From assembly GCF_000007185.1 (NCBI RefSeq), contig NC_003551.1:720001-752000 (forward strand): DNA of 32,000 nucleotides, in the 5' to 3' direction. Every line of letters starts with the position of its first letter. The first letter of the stretch is position 1. Position numbers and translations under genes: made by a program. This DNA comes from Methanopyrus kandleri AV19. Lineage in GTDB: Archaea > JAADCQ01 > Methanopyri > Methanopyrales > Methanopyraceae. Under the pieces are notes generated by a model that saw only the letters and a list, made by a program, of their open reading frames with translations, did no database searches and was not told where the DNA came from. Positions 15,110 through 23,650 of the stretch are shown here, in pieces.

Positions 15110-15533
15110 AGACGTACACCACCAGACAGTCCTGAGGTGCCTCGACGTACCGAACGTTCCCACTGCGAGTCGTCACGGCGGCCAGTGGATCACCTTTCCT
15201 GAGCCGATCTCCTACGTCGGCTATCGGTGTGACTACGTAACCTTCAACCGGTATCTGGTACACCCGGTCCCCGGGCTTCAAGAAGACGAGTGATCGCCGA
15301 TCTACCGGTTCTATGACGACGTGTCGGGTGACCTTGGCCTCCGGTACGTCGAAGACTGACCTGGCCTCCTCGTACACCACCTGTTCGTAGAATATCGGCT
15401 CGTCTAACTCTTCGGCGATCTTCTCCGCTAGCTCACGCGAGCGTACGATCACCTCGAACTCGGGGTCCGTGAGCAAGATCTTGCCGCTCTCTGGAACTTC
15501 GTCGGTCTCCACGTATATCCTGGGAAGTGCCAA
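15042..15533 (-). CDS. Archaeal conserved protein with a biotinyl/lipoyl-like hybrid-barrel C-terminal domain (DUF2118-like)
   Basis: 163 aa: GDRVYQIPVEGYVVTPIADVGDRLRKGDPLAAVTTRSGNVRYVEAP resembles the single-hybrid-motif fold. It starts 2 nt after the GGPP synthase stop. Confidence 0.55.
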   Translation of the reverse strand: MALPRIYVETDEVPESGKILLTDPEFEVIVRSRELAEKIAEELDEPIFYEQVVYEEARSVFDVPEAKVTRHVVIEPVDRRSLVFLKPGDRVYQIPVEGYVVTPIADVGDRLRKGDPLAAVTTRSGNVRYVEAPQDCLVVYVCEQPAIRTQRRPNYEYYIAPTE

Positions 15534-15535
15534 CT

Positions 15536-16510
15536 TCAGAACTCCCTCTCTACAACGAAATCCGCCAACTTTTCTAGGAACTCCCGATGCTCGTTCTCGG
15601 GGAGCTCGCGCAGCGCAGCCTTAGCGCGATCGGCGTACTCTCGGGCCCGCTTTTTAGCGTAATCTATCGCACCGAGATCTTCGAGTATCTGAATAACCTC
15701 GCGAACGTCCTCGCGTGAAGCATCCTCGTTCCCGAGGACCGAAAGTATGCGCTCCCGCTGCTCCTCATCGGCGAGCTCCAGGCCCTTGATCACGATCAGC
15801 GTCTTCTTCCCCTCGACGATGTCGCTGCCCACGGGCTTACCGAGTTCGGACTCGTCTCCGACAAGGTCGAGGACGTCGTCCTGTATCTGGAACGCGATCC
15901 CCAAGTTCTCGCCGTACTCCCGAAGCGCTTCCAGTTGCTCGCGGTTCGCCCCGGCTTTAAGCCCGCCTACGACGCACGATGTCCGTATGAGCGCTGCCGT
16001 TTTCTTCCGGATCATTTCGAGGAACTCATCCTCGGTGACTTCAGTCCTGTTCTCGAACCCGATGTCCATGGCTTGGCCCTCACAGATCTCCGTGCAGGCG
16101 CGGGCGAGTTCTTTCACTGCCTCTACGTCTCCGCCTTCCGCCGCCACTTCGAAGGCTTTGGAGAACAGGGTGTCTCCCGCCAGTATGGCTACCGGTACTC
16201 CCCACTTCACGTGTACCGCCGGGACTCCGCGTCGTTCGTCGTCTTCGTCCATGATGTCGTCGTGAATTAGAGTGAACGTATGAATCAGCTCGACCGCGAC
16301 CGCTTCAGGGAGTACGTCCTCTTCCGATCCACCTAACATGAGACACGATTTGATGGCGAGGAGGGGTCGGATTCGCTTACCTCCCGCTTCGATTAGGTGC
16401 CAACACGCATCGTAGAGGTCCTCTGGGCCTCCTCTGGGTAGTACCTCCTCAATCTTGGCGTCGACGAGCTCGCGTGCACGGTTCAGCTCTTTCAGTATCT
16501 CACTCCGCAT
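15536..16510 (-). CDS. idsA: Short-chain (E)-isoprenyl diphosphate synthase (geranylgeranyl diphosphate synthase)
   Basis: 324 aa with the first Asp-rich motif LIHDDIMDEDDERRG and the second IAFQIQDDVLD. Confidence 0.9.
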   Translation of the reverse strand: MRSEILKELNRARELVDAKIEEVLPRGGPEDLYDACWHLIEAGGKRIRPLLAIKSCLMLGGSEEDVLPEAVAVELIHTFTLIHDDIMDEDDERRGVPAVHVKWGVPVAILAGDTLFSKAFEVAAEGGDVEAVKELARACTEICEGQAMDIGFENRTEVTEDEFLEMIRKKTAALIRTSCVVGGLKAGANREQLEALREYGENLGIAFQIQDDVLDLVGDESELGKPVGSDIVEGKKTLIVIKGLELADEEQRERILSVLGNEDASREDVREVIQILEDLGAIDYAKKRAREYADRAKAALRELPENEHREFLEKLADFVVEREF

Positions 16511-16522
16511 GGAATCGTCCCC

Positions 16523-17884
16523 TTATAACGGCAGACTTAGCTTCGTGCCGTCGAACATTATGAATACGTCTCGGTTCACCTCGTAACCCTCCTGAGTGGC
16601 CAGTTCGGCGTACGCGGCCAGCATATCCGGGTCACCGTGTGCCGGGACGATGAACTCCGGCTGGAGCATTCTGAGCATTAGGCGATGGTCTTCACGACCC
16701 GCGTGCCCTGACACGTGCACGTCCTTGAACATTTTCACACCCTTCAGCCGGAGCTTGGTGTCCAACACGTAGCGGTTGGCTCGATTTATAGGGGACGGAA
16801 TTGTGGACGACGAGAACACTACGCTATCTTCTTCGGTCAGTCGGTACGGGAGCTCGCCGTCAACGATCCGCGGTAACACGGCGCCCGGCTCTCCCTGGTG
16901 TCCCGTGACGATCAGTAGGTAATCCTCCTTCTCCTTGTTCGCCCGTTCGAGTCCCCGCCGAATAGTCTCGGGGCGATCGTAAATCCTGGCACCCGCGGGG
17001 AGGTTCAGGAGACCGAGCTCTTCGGCGATCCTCCCGTATTTGCCCATGGATCTTCCGGCGAGGATCACTTTCCTGCCTAATCTGTCCGCAGTGTCTGCGA
17101 TCGCCTGTATCCGTTCTATGTGTGACGAGAACGTTGTAACGATAATCCCCTCACTTTCCTCGTCGGCGAATCTGAGCACGTCGTTTACCATTTCCCTAGC
17201 TACAGATTCGGAAGGTGTCTTAATTTCTTCAGCGACCCTCAAACTCTCAGTAATGAGCAGTAACACACCTTCTTTGCCCAGCTGTTTGAGCCTTTTATAA
17301 TCCGGTTTGTATCCTATTATTTGATTATCATCGAACTTAAAATCGCACGCATATACTATTGCTCCGTAGGGAGTATGCAACACTGGTAGGACACAGCACG
17401 GTATGCTGTGGCTTATAGGGATAAATTCAAGTCGGAGTTTCGAGGAGATCTGCACTTCGTCTCCAGGCTCGACTGTGTACAAGTTAATCATGATATCTTC
17501 GGCTTCATCTGCGTACCTTATCTCATTCCTGAGGTCGGCTTTCACGAGTTCTATTGTGAACTCAGTTCCGAATACCGGGCACTTGTACTTAAAGAGCAGC
17601 TTAGGTACCGCTCCGATGTGGTCTAAGTGAGCGTGGGACAGGACCGCGGCGACCGTCTTGGAACGATGGGGGCGTAAGATAGGGTCGTTCGGTATCGCTT
17701 TCACTCTACGGAGTTCCCTGGCTGAGGCTTTCTGAAAATCTTTTTCGAAAACTAGTGATTTGTCCAGGGACATACCACAGTCGAAGATCACTATCTCCTC
17801 GTCCACGCGGACCGCGGTCATGTTTCGTCCACCGGCCTCGCCGTATCCCCCTACTGCGAACACCTCGACGGTCAACGGTTCCAC
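16523..17884 (-). CDS. rnj: Archaeal RNase J (metallo-beta-lactamase/beta-CASP 5'-3' exoribonuclease)
   Basis: 453 aa: FAVGGYGEAGGRNMTAVRV, MBL motif LSHAHLDHIG, and beta-CASP C-terminal motifs VSGHAGREDH and VPAHGD. An alternative TTG start at 17875 would give a TTGA overlap with the IDI2 stop. Confidence 0.85.
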   Translation of the reverse strand: MEPLTVEVFAVGGYGEAGGRNMTAVRVDEEIVIFDCGMSLDKSLVFEKDFQKASARELRRVKAIPNDPILRPHRSKTVAAVLSHAHLDHIGAVPKLLFKYKCPVFGTEFTIELVKADLRNEIRYADEAEDIMINLYTVEPGDEVQISSKLRLEFIPISHSIPCCVLPVLHTPYGAIVYACDFKFDDNQIIGYKPDYKRLKQLGKEGVLLLITESLRVAEEIKTPSESVAREMVNDVLRFADEESEGIIVTTFSSHIERIQAIADTADRLGRKVILAGRSMGKYGRIAEELGLLNLPAGARIYDRPETIRRGLERANKEKEDYLLIVTGHQGEPGAVLPRIVDGELPYRLTEEDSVVFSSSTIPSPINRANRYVLDTKLRLKGVKMFKDVHVSGHAGREDHRLMLRMLQPEFIVPAHGDPDMLAAYAELATQEGYEVNRDVFIMFDGTKLSLPL

Positions 17885-18969
17885 CCCGTTCGGCGATCAC
17901 CGGTGCAGACGAGATCGAGTGGGACTCCCCGGCACTCCAACCACTCACGCAGCTTCCCGTACACTACTATGGGGACGCTGCTCATTTCCTCCACGGACGA
18001 ACACCCCGCCATCAACATCGCGATCTTGACCTCGCGAGCGATCGACTTCAGGAAGCGGACGCAGCCTCTGACGCCCTCGGCCAGCACTTTACGGAGCACT
18101 GGTAAGGCCATTCCGGCGCAGTCCGCACCTAGAGCCAGAACCTTCGCGACGTCCATTCCCGTGCGCACGCCTCCGGTTCCAATTATCGCGAGATCGTTAC
18201 CGACGACGCTTCTGACTTCGAGTATTGAAGCCGCTGTGGGGACTCCCCAATCGGAGAACGCGTAGCCGAGTGGTATCTCACCGTGGGCCTTCGACCGGAC
18301 GGCTTCGACCACCGCCCAGTTGGTTCCACCGGCTCCACCGACGTCGATACCGTCCACGATATCCCGGACCAACTTGGCGTCTTCGGCTGACACGCCGGCT
18401 CCGGTCTCCTTCAAGACCACCGGCACGTCCACCGTTTCGCAGACTTCGGCGAGTACGTCCACGAACCCGGCGGCGTCCGCCTCACCTTCCAACTGAACCG
18501 CTTCCTGCAGCACGTTCACGTGAACGGCCAGCGCGTCTGCGTCCACCATATCGACGACTTCGAGCGCGAGGTCTGGGCCGTTCTCGCGCAGCTGCGGGAG
18601 CCCGATGTTGGCCAGCACCAGGCCGTCGGGGTACTCCTCCCGTACCACCTCGAACGTCCACCGCACCTCCGGATCCTTCACGCCGGCTCGCTGGCTTCCG
18701 ACCCCTATACCTATCTCAAGCTCGCGGGCTACTCGGGCGAGCTTCCGGTTGATCTCGCCGGTTTTAGGATGGCCTCCCGTCATTCCGGCGATTATCAGCG
18801 GGAAGGAGAGCCGCTTCCCGAAGAGTTCGATTTCCATGTCCACGTCGTCGAAGTCGAGCTCCGGGAGCGCCCGATGTACTATCTTCACGCAGTCGAACAG
18901 CGGGCTTTCCTCCGATTCGACGTCCTCCCAAATACACGCTAGCACGTGTTCCCACTTCCGTTCTCTCAT
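17872..18969 (-). CDS. fni: Type 2 isopentenyl-diphosphate delta-isomerase (FMN-dependent)
   Basis: Starts at ATG 18969 (MRERKWEHV...), 4 nt after the IPK stop. Motifs: FPLIIAGMTGG, GVGSQRAG, VVLKETGAGVS, IDVGGAGGTNWAVVE, IIGTGGVRTGMDVAKVLALGAD. Confidence 0.9.
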   Translation of the reverse strand: MRERKWEHVLACIWEDVESEESPLFDCVKIVHRALPELDFDDVDMEIELFGKRLSFPLIIAGMTGGHPKTGEINRKLARVARELEIGIGVGSQRAGVKDPEVRWTFEVVREEYPDGLVLANIGLPQLRENGPDLALEVVDMVDADALAVHVNVLQEAVQLEGEADAAGFVDVLAEVCETVDVPVVLKETGAGVSAEDAKLVRDIVDGIDVGGAGGTNWAVVEAVRSKAHGEIPLGYAFSDWGVPTAASILEVRSVVGNDLAIIGTGGVRTGMDVAKVLALGADCAGMALPVLRKVLAEGVRGCVRFLKSIAREVKIAMLMAGCSSVEEMSSVPIVVYGKLREWLECRGVPLDLVCTGDRRTGWNR

Positions 18970-18973
18970 CCCT

Positions 18974-19693
18974 TCAGCGCGTGATCCTCGTACCAACGTG
19001 CTCACCCCGAAGGAATCGGTCGACGTTTTCCGGATCCCGAGCATCGAACATGTACACTTCCGCGCCGCGCTCCGCTATGCGTGCGGCCCTTCGCAGTTTC
19101 TCCGCGATGCCCCCCGTCACATCTACGCCGGCAGAACCCTCCAGCTGCCGTGCCAAGTCTCGCGCTTCATCCGGAGAGAGCTCCCTTAAGGGCTCCCCCT
19201 CCTCCGGTGTTCTCGGGTAAACTCCGTCGACGCTCATCCCGAAACCGACCCGGTCCGGGCCCAGCCAGGAGACCCGCTCGGCGATTTCGTCGCCCGACAT
19301 GATCCTAAACCCGTCCCCGTCGTGGTCCGGGACGACGTCACCGTAGAGTAGGGGAACGCAACCACGTTCCAACAGGTCCACTAACACGTTGAGCGAGTAC
19401 AGTACCGTCGCGGGTGTCACCGGGTACACGCGCACTCCCGAGTCCACTGCCACCTTCTCGACGATAGAAAGTAGCTCGTGCATCGCCCGTCGAACCTCCG
19501 AAACACCCTTTTGCAGGTCGCTTACTCTCGACGCCGCGTAGTGCCCGAACGACCCGCCGCCGTGGATGAGTACTAAATCTCCCCTCCAGTCTGAGATGAC
19601 TTTCATAAGTCTTCGAATACGGTCTTCCCTGGCCGTTTTCGGTTTCGATTTGTCGGTGATCACACTCCCTCCGAGCTTCAGAACCGTGAACAC
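18974..19693 (-). CDS. Isopentenyl phosphate kinase (archaeal mevalonate pathway)
   Basis: 239 aa from the amino-acid kinase family: VLKLGGSVITDK, LIHGGGSFGHYAA (conserved His), MSGDEI, DVTGG. Sits in the ipk-fni-idsA context. Confidence 0.85.
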   Translation of the reverse strand: MFTVLKLGGSVITDKSKPKTAREDRIRRLMKVISDWRGDLVLIHGGGSFGHYAASRVSDLQKGVSEVRRAMHELLSIVEKVAVDSGVRVYPVTPATVLYSLNVLVDLLERGCVPLLYGDVVPDHDGDGFRIMSGDEIAERVSWLGPDRVGFGMSVDGVYPRTPEEGEPLRELSPDEARDLARQLEGSAGVDVTGGIAEKLRRAARIAERGAEVYMFDARDPENVDRFLRGEHVGTRITR

Positions 19694-19815
19694 AGGAGCC
19701 CTCGACGGGACCTCGACCCGCCCGTAAAACGGCCTTCGGGGGCGATGAGGACACCCGAGGCCTCGGGGAACGATGACCGGAGCGGTGGGCGGCCGAGCTT
19801 GTAGGGGGTAGTTCC

Positions 19816-20862
19816 ATGAAGCCGGTGACCTTGATTAGGCCCTCAGGTGAGGTGACGGCTAAGAGCGCGCCCGTCCGAAAGACGTTACTGGGTGAACTGG
19901 CGCGGCGGTTAGAGCGGAGGCTCGGCGAGGTGGTCCGGGTACGCGGGCCGAGGCTAATAGTCCCGGGCCACCATCCGAACGCCGCTTCGGAGTTCGGTGT
20001 CGAAGGTGCGCTACCGGGATACAAGGTGAGACCGAAACCGGCCACAATACTCAAAGCCACGCGACGCGCGTTGCGGGAGTGCCCAGAGGAGATCAGGGTG
20101 GACGTCCGGTCACACCACGACGGCGTTTCGGGACATGCGCTGTTCGAGTCCGTGAGGGAGATCGTCGAGTCTACCGGCCGTAAGACTAGCAAGCGTGGGT
20201 CCCGACTGCTGGTGGAGGTCTATCCCGACGTCGCTTACGTCTGCGGACCCGAGAAAGCCGGTCCCGGTGGTCTTCCTGTGGGCACGCAGGGGCGTGCGCT
20301 GTGCTTACTTTCTGGAGGCTTCGACAGTCCCGTGGCCACGTGGATGGTTATGCGTAGAGGACTCGAGTGCAAAGGGTTGCACTTTTTAGTCACGGAGTCG
20401 GAGCTTGAAGCGGCCCGTGAGAACGAGCGAGTCCTCCGACGCTGGTGCCCGGACTTCGATCTCCTAGTGGACGAGTCGCACCGTGAGTTCCTGGAGACCG
20501 CCGAGGAGCGACTGACCGGACGACTCAAACGATACCTGTGCGTTGTTTGCAAGATGAGGATGCTCGAGCGTGCCTCTCAATGGGCCGATCGGCTCGGGTG
20601 TGATTGTATTGTCACCGGTGACTCATTGGGTCAAGTGGCGAGTCAAACCGTATGGAACCTCAAGCTGGAGGAGTCTCAAGTGAATGGTATCGTACTACGT
20701 CCGTTGGTCGGTCTGAACAAACCCGAGATAGTCCGATACGGACGTAGGATAGGGGTCCCTGAACGCGATCCGGGACGATGTCCGTTCGTTCCGGAGAGAC
20801 TTATCGTTAAACCCAGGAAACGGGAGGCGTTGCGCGCGTATCGGGAGGTGATTAAGGGATGA
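19816..20862 (+). CDS. thiI: tRNA 4-thiouridine/thiamine sulfurtransferase ThiI (THUMP + PP-loop ATPase, no rhodanese domain)
   Basis: 348 aa: N-terminal MKPVTLIRPSGEVTAKSAPVRK (ThiI-like), PP-loop ALCLLSGGFDSPVATWM, and IVTGDSLGQVASQT. Confidence 0.8.
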   Translation: MKPVTLIRPSGEVTAKSAPVRKTLLGELARRLERRLGEVVRVRGPRLIVPGHHPNAASEFGVEGALPGYKVRPKPATILKATRRALRECPEEIRVDVRSHHDGVSGHALFESVREIVESTGRKTSKRGSRLLVEVYPDVAYVCGPEKAGPGGLPVGTQGRALCLLSGGFDSPVATWMVMRRGLECKGLHFLVTESELEAARENERVLRRWCPDFDLLVDESHREFLETAEERLTGRLKRYLCVVCKMRMLERASQWADRLGCDCIVTGDSLGQVASQTVWNLKLEESQVNGIVLRPLVGLNKPEIVRYGRRIGVPERDPGRCPFVPERLIVKPRKREALRAYREVIKG

Positions 20863-20928
20863 TCATTAACTCCGTCGGTAGAAAGGTGCTCTAACGTCTG
20901 AGAATTTGAGGGGTGGTGTCCATAGGCT

Positions 20929-21837
20929 TTGAGAGAAGAAGTCGCGTCCAGCCCTCAAGGGCTCGGACTCGAGATATTGGCTAAACACAAAGTGTCTGAC
21001 TTCGTTCGTCACGGTGCCATTGCGGTGAAACCCGATGAACCGCTATGGAACGCGTTGAAGGCTATGGTCACTCACGGCATTCACGGTGCGGCGGTGATGG
21101 AGGACTCCAAAATAGTCGGAGCGTTCGAGGAGGATGATTTGCTCCGTGCCCTCCGTGCGCTCGAGGAGGACGCTCTCGCGGCCGAAGTTAAGCGGTTCAT
21201 GAAACCGGCCGTGGTGGTGAAGTCGAGCGATACTTTCCAAAACGCCATGGTTGAAATGCTGAAAGGCAACACGACCCGGGCATTCGTACGTTCTTCCGGT
21301 CTCCTAAGGAGCGGCGTGTACGGTGTGATCTCCGCTTCTGATATTGTACGAGTACTTACGGGGGATTACAGGGGGTTCAGGGCTCCCGGCAACACGGATC
21401 GACCGGTTTCGCCTCCGAAAGTCGGTGACATATTCTGGCCCGGAAGTGTAGCCATCAAGCAAGTGATTCGGAACTCTCCTTTGACCCTGGACGCTTCCAG
21501 CTCCGTTGCCGATGTCGCGAGGTGTATAAGCGAGAAGGGTCGACACTACGCGGTCCTCCTGGAGGGGGAGTCCCCGATCGGCCGCGCCGGTGACAAGGAC
21601 GTGATGGGTGCCGCTCTCGACGCGATTCTAAACCGAAGAGATTTACACGACCTCACGGCCAGAAATTATCTGCAAGAAATGGTGGTGGTGCCTCCCGAGA
21701 CGCCTCTACATGAGGCTCTTTGGGAAGTTATCGACAAAATGTCAGATAGAATATACGTGATGGATGGCAGGAAGTTAACCGGGGTCGTGCCATTAATAGA
21801 TGCCGTCTACACACTGGCGAAAGTAGCTAGTGATTGA
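20929..21837 (+). CDS. CBS-domain protein (two Bateman modules)
   Basis: 302 aa with four CBS-like units (e.g. VSDFVRHGAIAVKPDEPLWNALKAMVTHGIHGAAVMED and VGDIFWPGSVAIKQVIRNSPLTLDASSSVADVARCISEKGRHYAVLL). No other domain is evident. TTG start. Confidence 0.7.
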   Translation: MREEVASSPQGLGLEILAKHKVSDFVRHGAIAVKPDEPLWNALKAMVTHGIHGAAVMEDSKIVGAFEEDDLLRALRALEEDALAAEVKRFMKPAVVVKSSDTFQNAMVEMLKGNTTRAFVRSSGLLRSGVYGVISASDIVRVLTGDYRGFRAPGNTDRPVSPPKVGDIFWPGSVAIKQVIRNSPLTLDASSSVADVARCISEKGRHYAVLLEGESPIGRAGDKDVMGAALDAILNRRDLHDLTARNYLQEMVVVPPETPLHEALWEVIDKMSDRIYVMDGRKLTGVVPLIDAVYTLAKVASD

Positions 21838-21877
21838 CTTCTGACAAGGTATACAATCGCTCTGGCGATCATCGGGG

Positions 21878-23083
21878 GTGGGGCTTTTGGTCGACCTGGA
21901 CTGCTGCGTAGTGTGTGGTGACAGTCCGGAAAGTATCGTCGATGAAGTCGTCGAAAGGCTTGGTGACCGTGCCGATTTCGGAATCGTGTTTTTTCACGAT
22001 ATAGATCCCGAGGACGTAGTCTCCGAGCTCAGTTATGGAGTTGAGCGTTTCGTCGGCTGTGTGGCTGGAGAGGGTCACTATCCGGGGTCGGTTAAGGGGC
22101 ATAAGATCAGCTTACTGGCGTTGAAGACGGAATGGATGGCCAAGTTCGGTACCGGCGGATCGGCGCGTCAAGATCCTGGCGAGGCTTCTCGTGGTGCACT
22201 GGAGGAGGCTTTCGAGGACCTGGATTTCGATCCCTACGACGTCTCCTACTCAGCGCTCAATCTTAAAGATCCAAAACGTATCGTCATGTACAGGCCGGTT
22301 ATCGGCATAACGTTCATTGAGGGGGCCACGTTTCACAACCTCGGTGGTACGGGTCTCGAAGTGCTCTCCGGCTTCAGATTCGGGAGTGGTCCTGCGGCCG
22401 AAAGTATCCGCACCTTCGGAGCGCTGTCCAGCGATCCTGAGTTGGAGAGTGCTCCGGTGGTGTGCGATAAAGGGGTGTTCGAAAGCGGTGCTGTTTACGC
22501 TACTATTTCCACGTTCTTGAAGGTCAGTTGGTCGTTCGCATCCTCACTGAAACCCGTGACGAAGCTCGGAACGGTAACGAAAAGTAGGGAGAACGTGATC
22601 GTTGAGATCGACGGGCGTCCCGCCGGCGAGGTTTACATCGAGAAACTCGAAGAGGTGACCGACTACGTCAAGGCATGCCCGAACGAGTACGTCTACAAGG
22701 AGCTTCCACCGCTCGGTGTGGTTCGTGTGTTCCCCTCCGTCGGACACAGGATCATCCCACGCACCCCGCTAGAGGTTACCGACGACTACATCCGAACGGC
22801 GGGTTACGTCGTGGAGGGCGAGCAGCTGCTGCTTCTCGGCTTCGATGATAGGCCGAACGCTCCCGTTAGGGCCTACCAGGGATCCTTGAGCTCAGGTGAG
22901 GAGCCGCTAGCATCCATTCTGGTCACGTTCGCGGGACGCAAGCCGCTCAAGGAGGAGATCCCCGACAAGCATTGCGTGGGGATGTACTCCTTCGGAGAGA
23001 TCATCCCGATTACCGGGTATAACGAGTTTCACAACCACGTATCCGCGTGCCTGACGATCTTCAGAGAGCCGGTGTTCGACTGA
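21878..23083 (+). CDS. Stand-alone FIST (FIST_N + FIST_C) sensor-domain protein
   Basis: 401 aa. The C-terminal LVTFAGRKPLKEEIPDKHCVGMYSFGEIIPITGYNEFHNHVSACLTIF matches the FIST_C ending (GEI...hN.T). The N-terminal half has the FIST_N pattern (ADFGIVFFH...GCVAGE). GTG start about 26 nt downstream of the TATA-like gtataca. Confidence 0.6.
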   Translation: MGLLVDLDCCVVCGDSPESIVDEVVERLGDRADFGIVFFHDIDPEDVVSELSYGVERFVGCVAGEGHYPGSVKGHKISLLALKTEWMAKFGTGGSARQDPGEASRGALEEAFEDLDFDPYDVSYSALNLKDPKRIVMYRPVIGITFIEGATFHNLGGTGLEVLSGFRFGSGPAAESIRTFGALSSDPELESAPVVCDKGVFESGAVYATISTFLKVSWSFASSLKPVTKLGTVTKSRENVIVEIDGRPAGEVYIEKLEEVTDYVKACPNEYVYKELPPLGVVRVFPSVGHRIIPRTPLEVTDDYIRTAGYVVEGEQLLLLGFDDRPNAPVRAYQGSLSSGEEPLASILVTFAGRKPLKEEIPDKHCVGMYSFGEIIPITGYNEFHNHVSACLTIFREPVFD

Positions 23084-23137
23084 TCGGTCGACAAAGGTGA
23101 TAACTCGCCGGTCACGGGGGCGGCCCGGGGCGTCCGC

Positions 23138-23650
23138 TTGAGAGACGTTATCCGGGGAAGGGCCTGGGTCTTCGGGGACGATATCGACACCGACCAGATC
23201 ATCCCGGGTCGATACCTCACTACCCAGGACCCCGAGGAGCTGGCCAAGCACGTGATGGAAGGGGCCGATCCGGAGTTCCCCGAGAAGGTCCGCGAGGGCG
23301 ACGTGATCGTGGCCGGGAAGAACTTCGGCTGCGGTTCCTCCCGTGAGCACGCGCCGATCGCGCTCAAAGCTGCCGGAATCGCCTGCGTGGTCACGAGGTC
23401 CTTCGCCCGTATCTTCTACCGGAACGCGATCAACCTGGGGTTACCCCTAGTGGTTTGCCCCGGCGTGGACGACGCGTTCGAGGATGGCCAGGGGATCGAG
23501 GTGAATCTCCGAGAGGGGTATGTCAGGAACCTCGACACCGGTGAGGAGCTGGAGGCGAAACCACTCCCGGACTTCATGATGAGGATACTCGAGGCCGGCG
23601 GCCTGGTGGAATTGATCAAGCGGGAAGGGCCACGGGCTTTCGAGGGGTGA
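23138..23650 (+). CDS. leuD: Aconitase-family dehydratase small subunit (3-isopropylmalate dehydratase LeuD or homoaconitase HacB type)
   Basis: 170 aa: VFGDDIDTDQIIPGRYL, AGKNFGCGSSREHAP, FARIFYRNAINLGLP. The paralog assignment is not resolvable here. Confidence 0.85.
   Translation: MRDVIRGRAWVFGDDIDTDQIIPGRYLTTQDPEELAKHVMEGADPEFPEKVREGDVIVAGKNFGCGSSREHAPIALKAAGIACVVTRSFARIFYRNAINLGLPLVVCPGVDDAFEDGQGIEVNLREGYVRNLDTGEELEAKPLPDFMMRILEAGGLVELIKREGPRAFEG

Noticed and set aside
17903-19189. Plus-strand Arg/Pro/Ser-rich ORFs (e.g. 18225-18752, 18605-19189)
   Set aside because: They are antisense shadows of the type-2 IDI and IPK genes.
19338-20192. 284-aa minus-strand ORF spanning the IPK/thiI spacer
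   Set aside because: It overlaps both the well-supported IPK 5' end and the thiI 5' half. It is Ser/Pro/Arg-rich shadow-frame sequence with no motifs.
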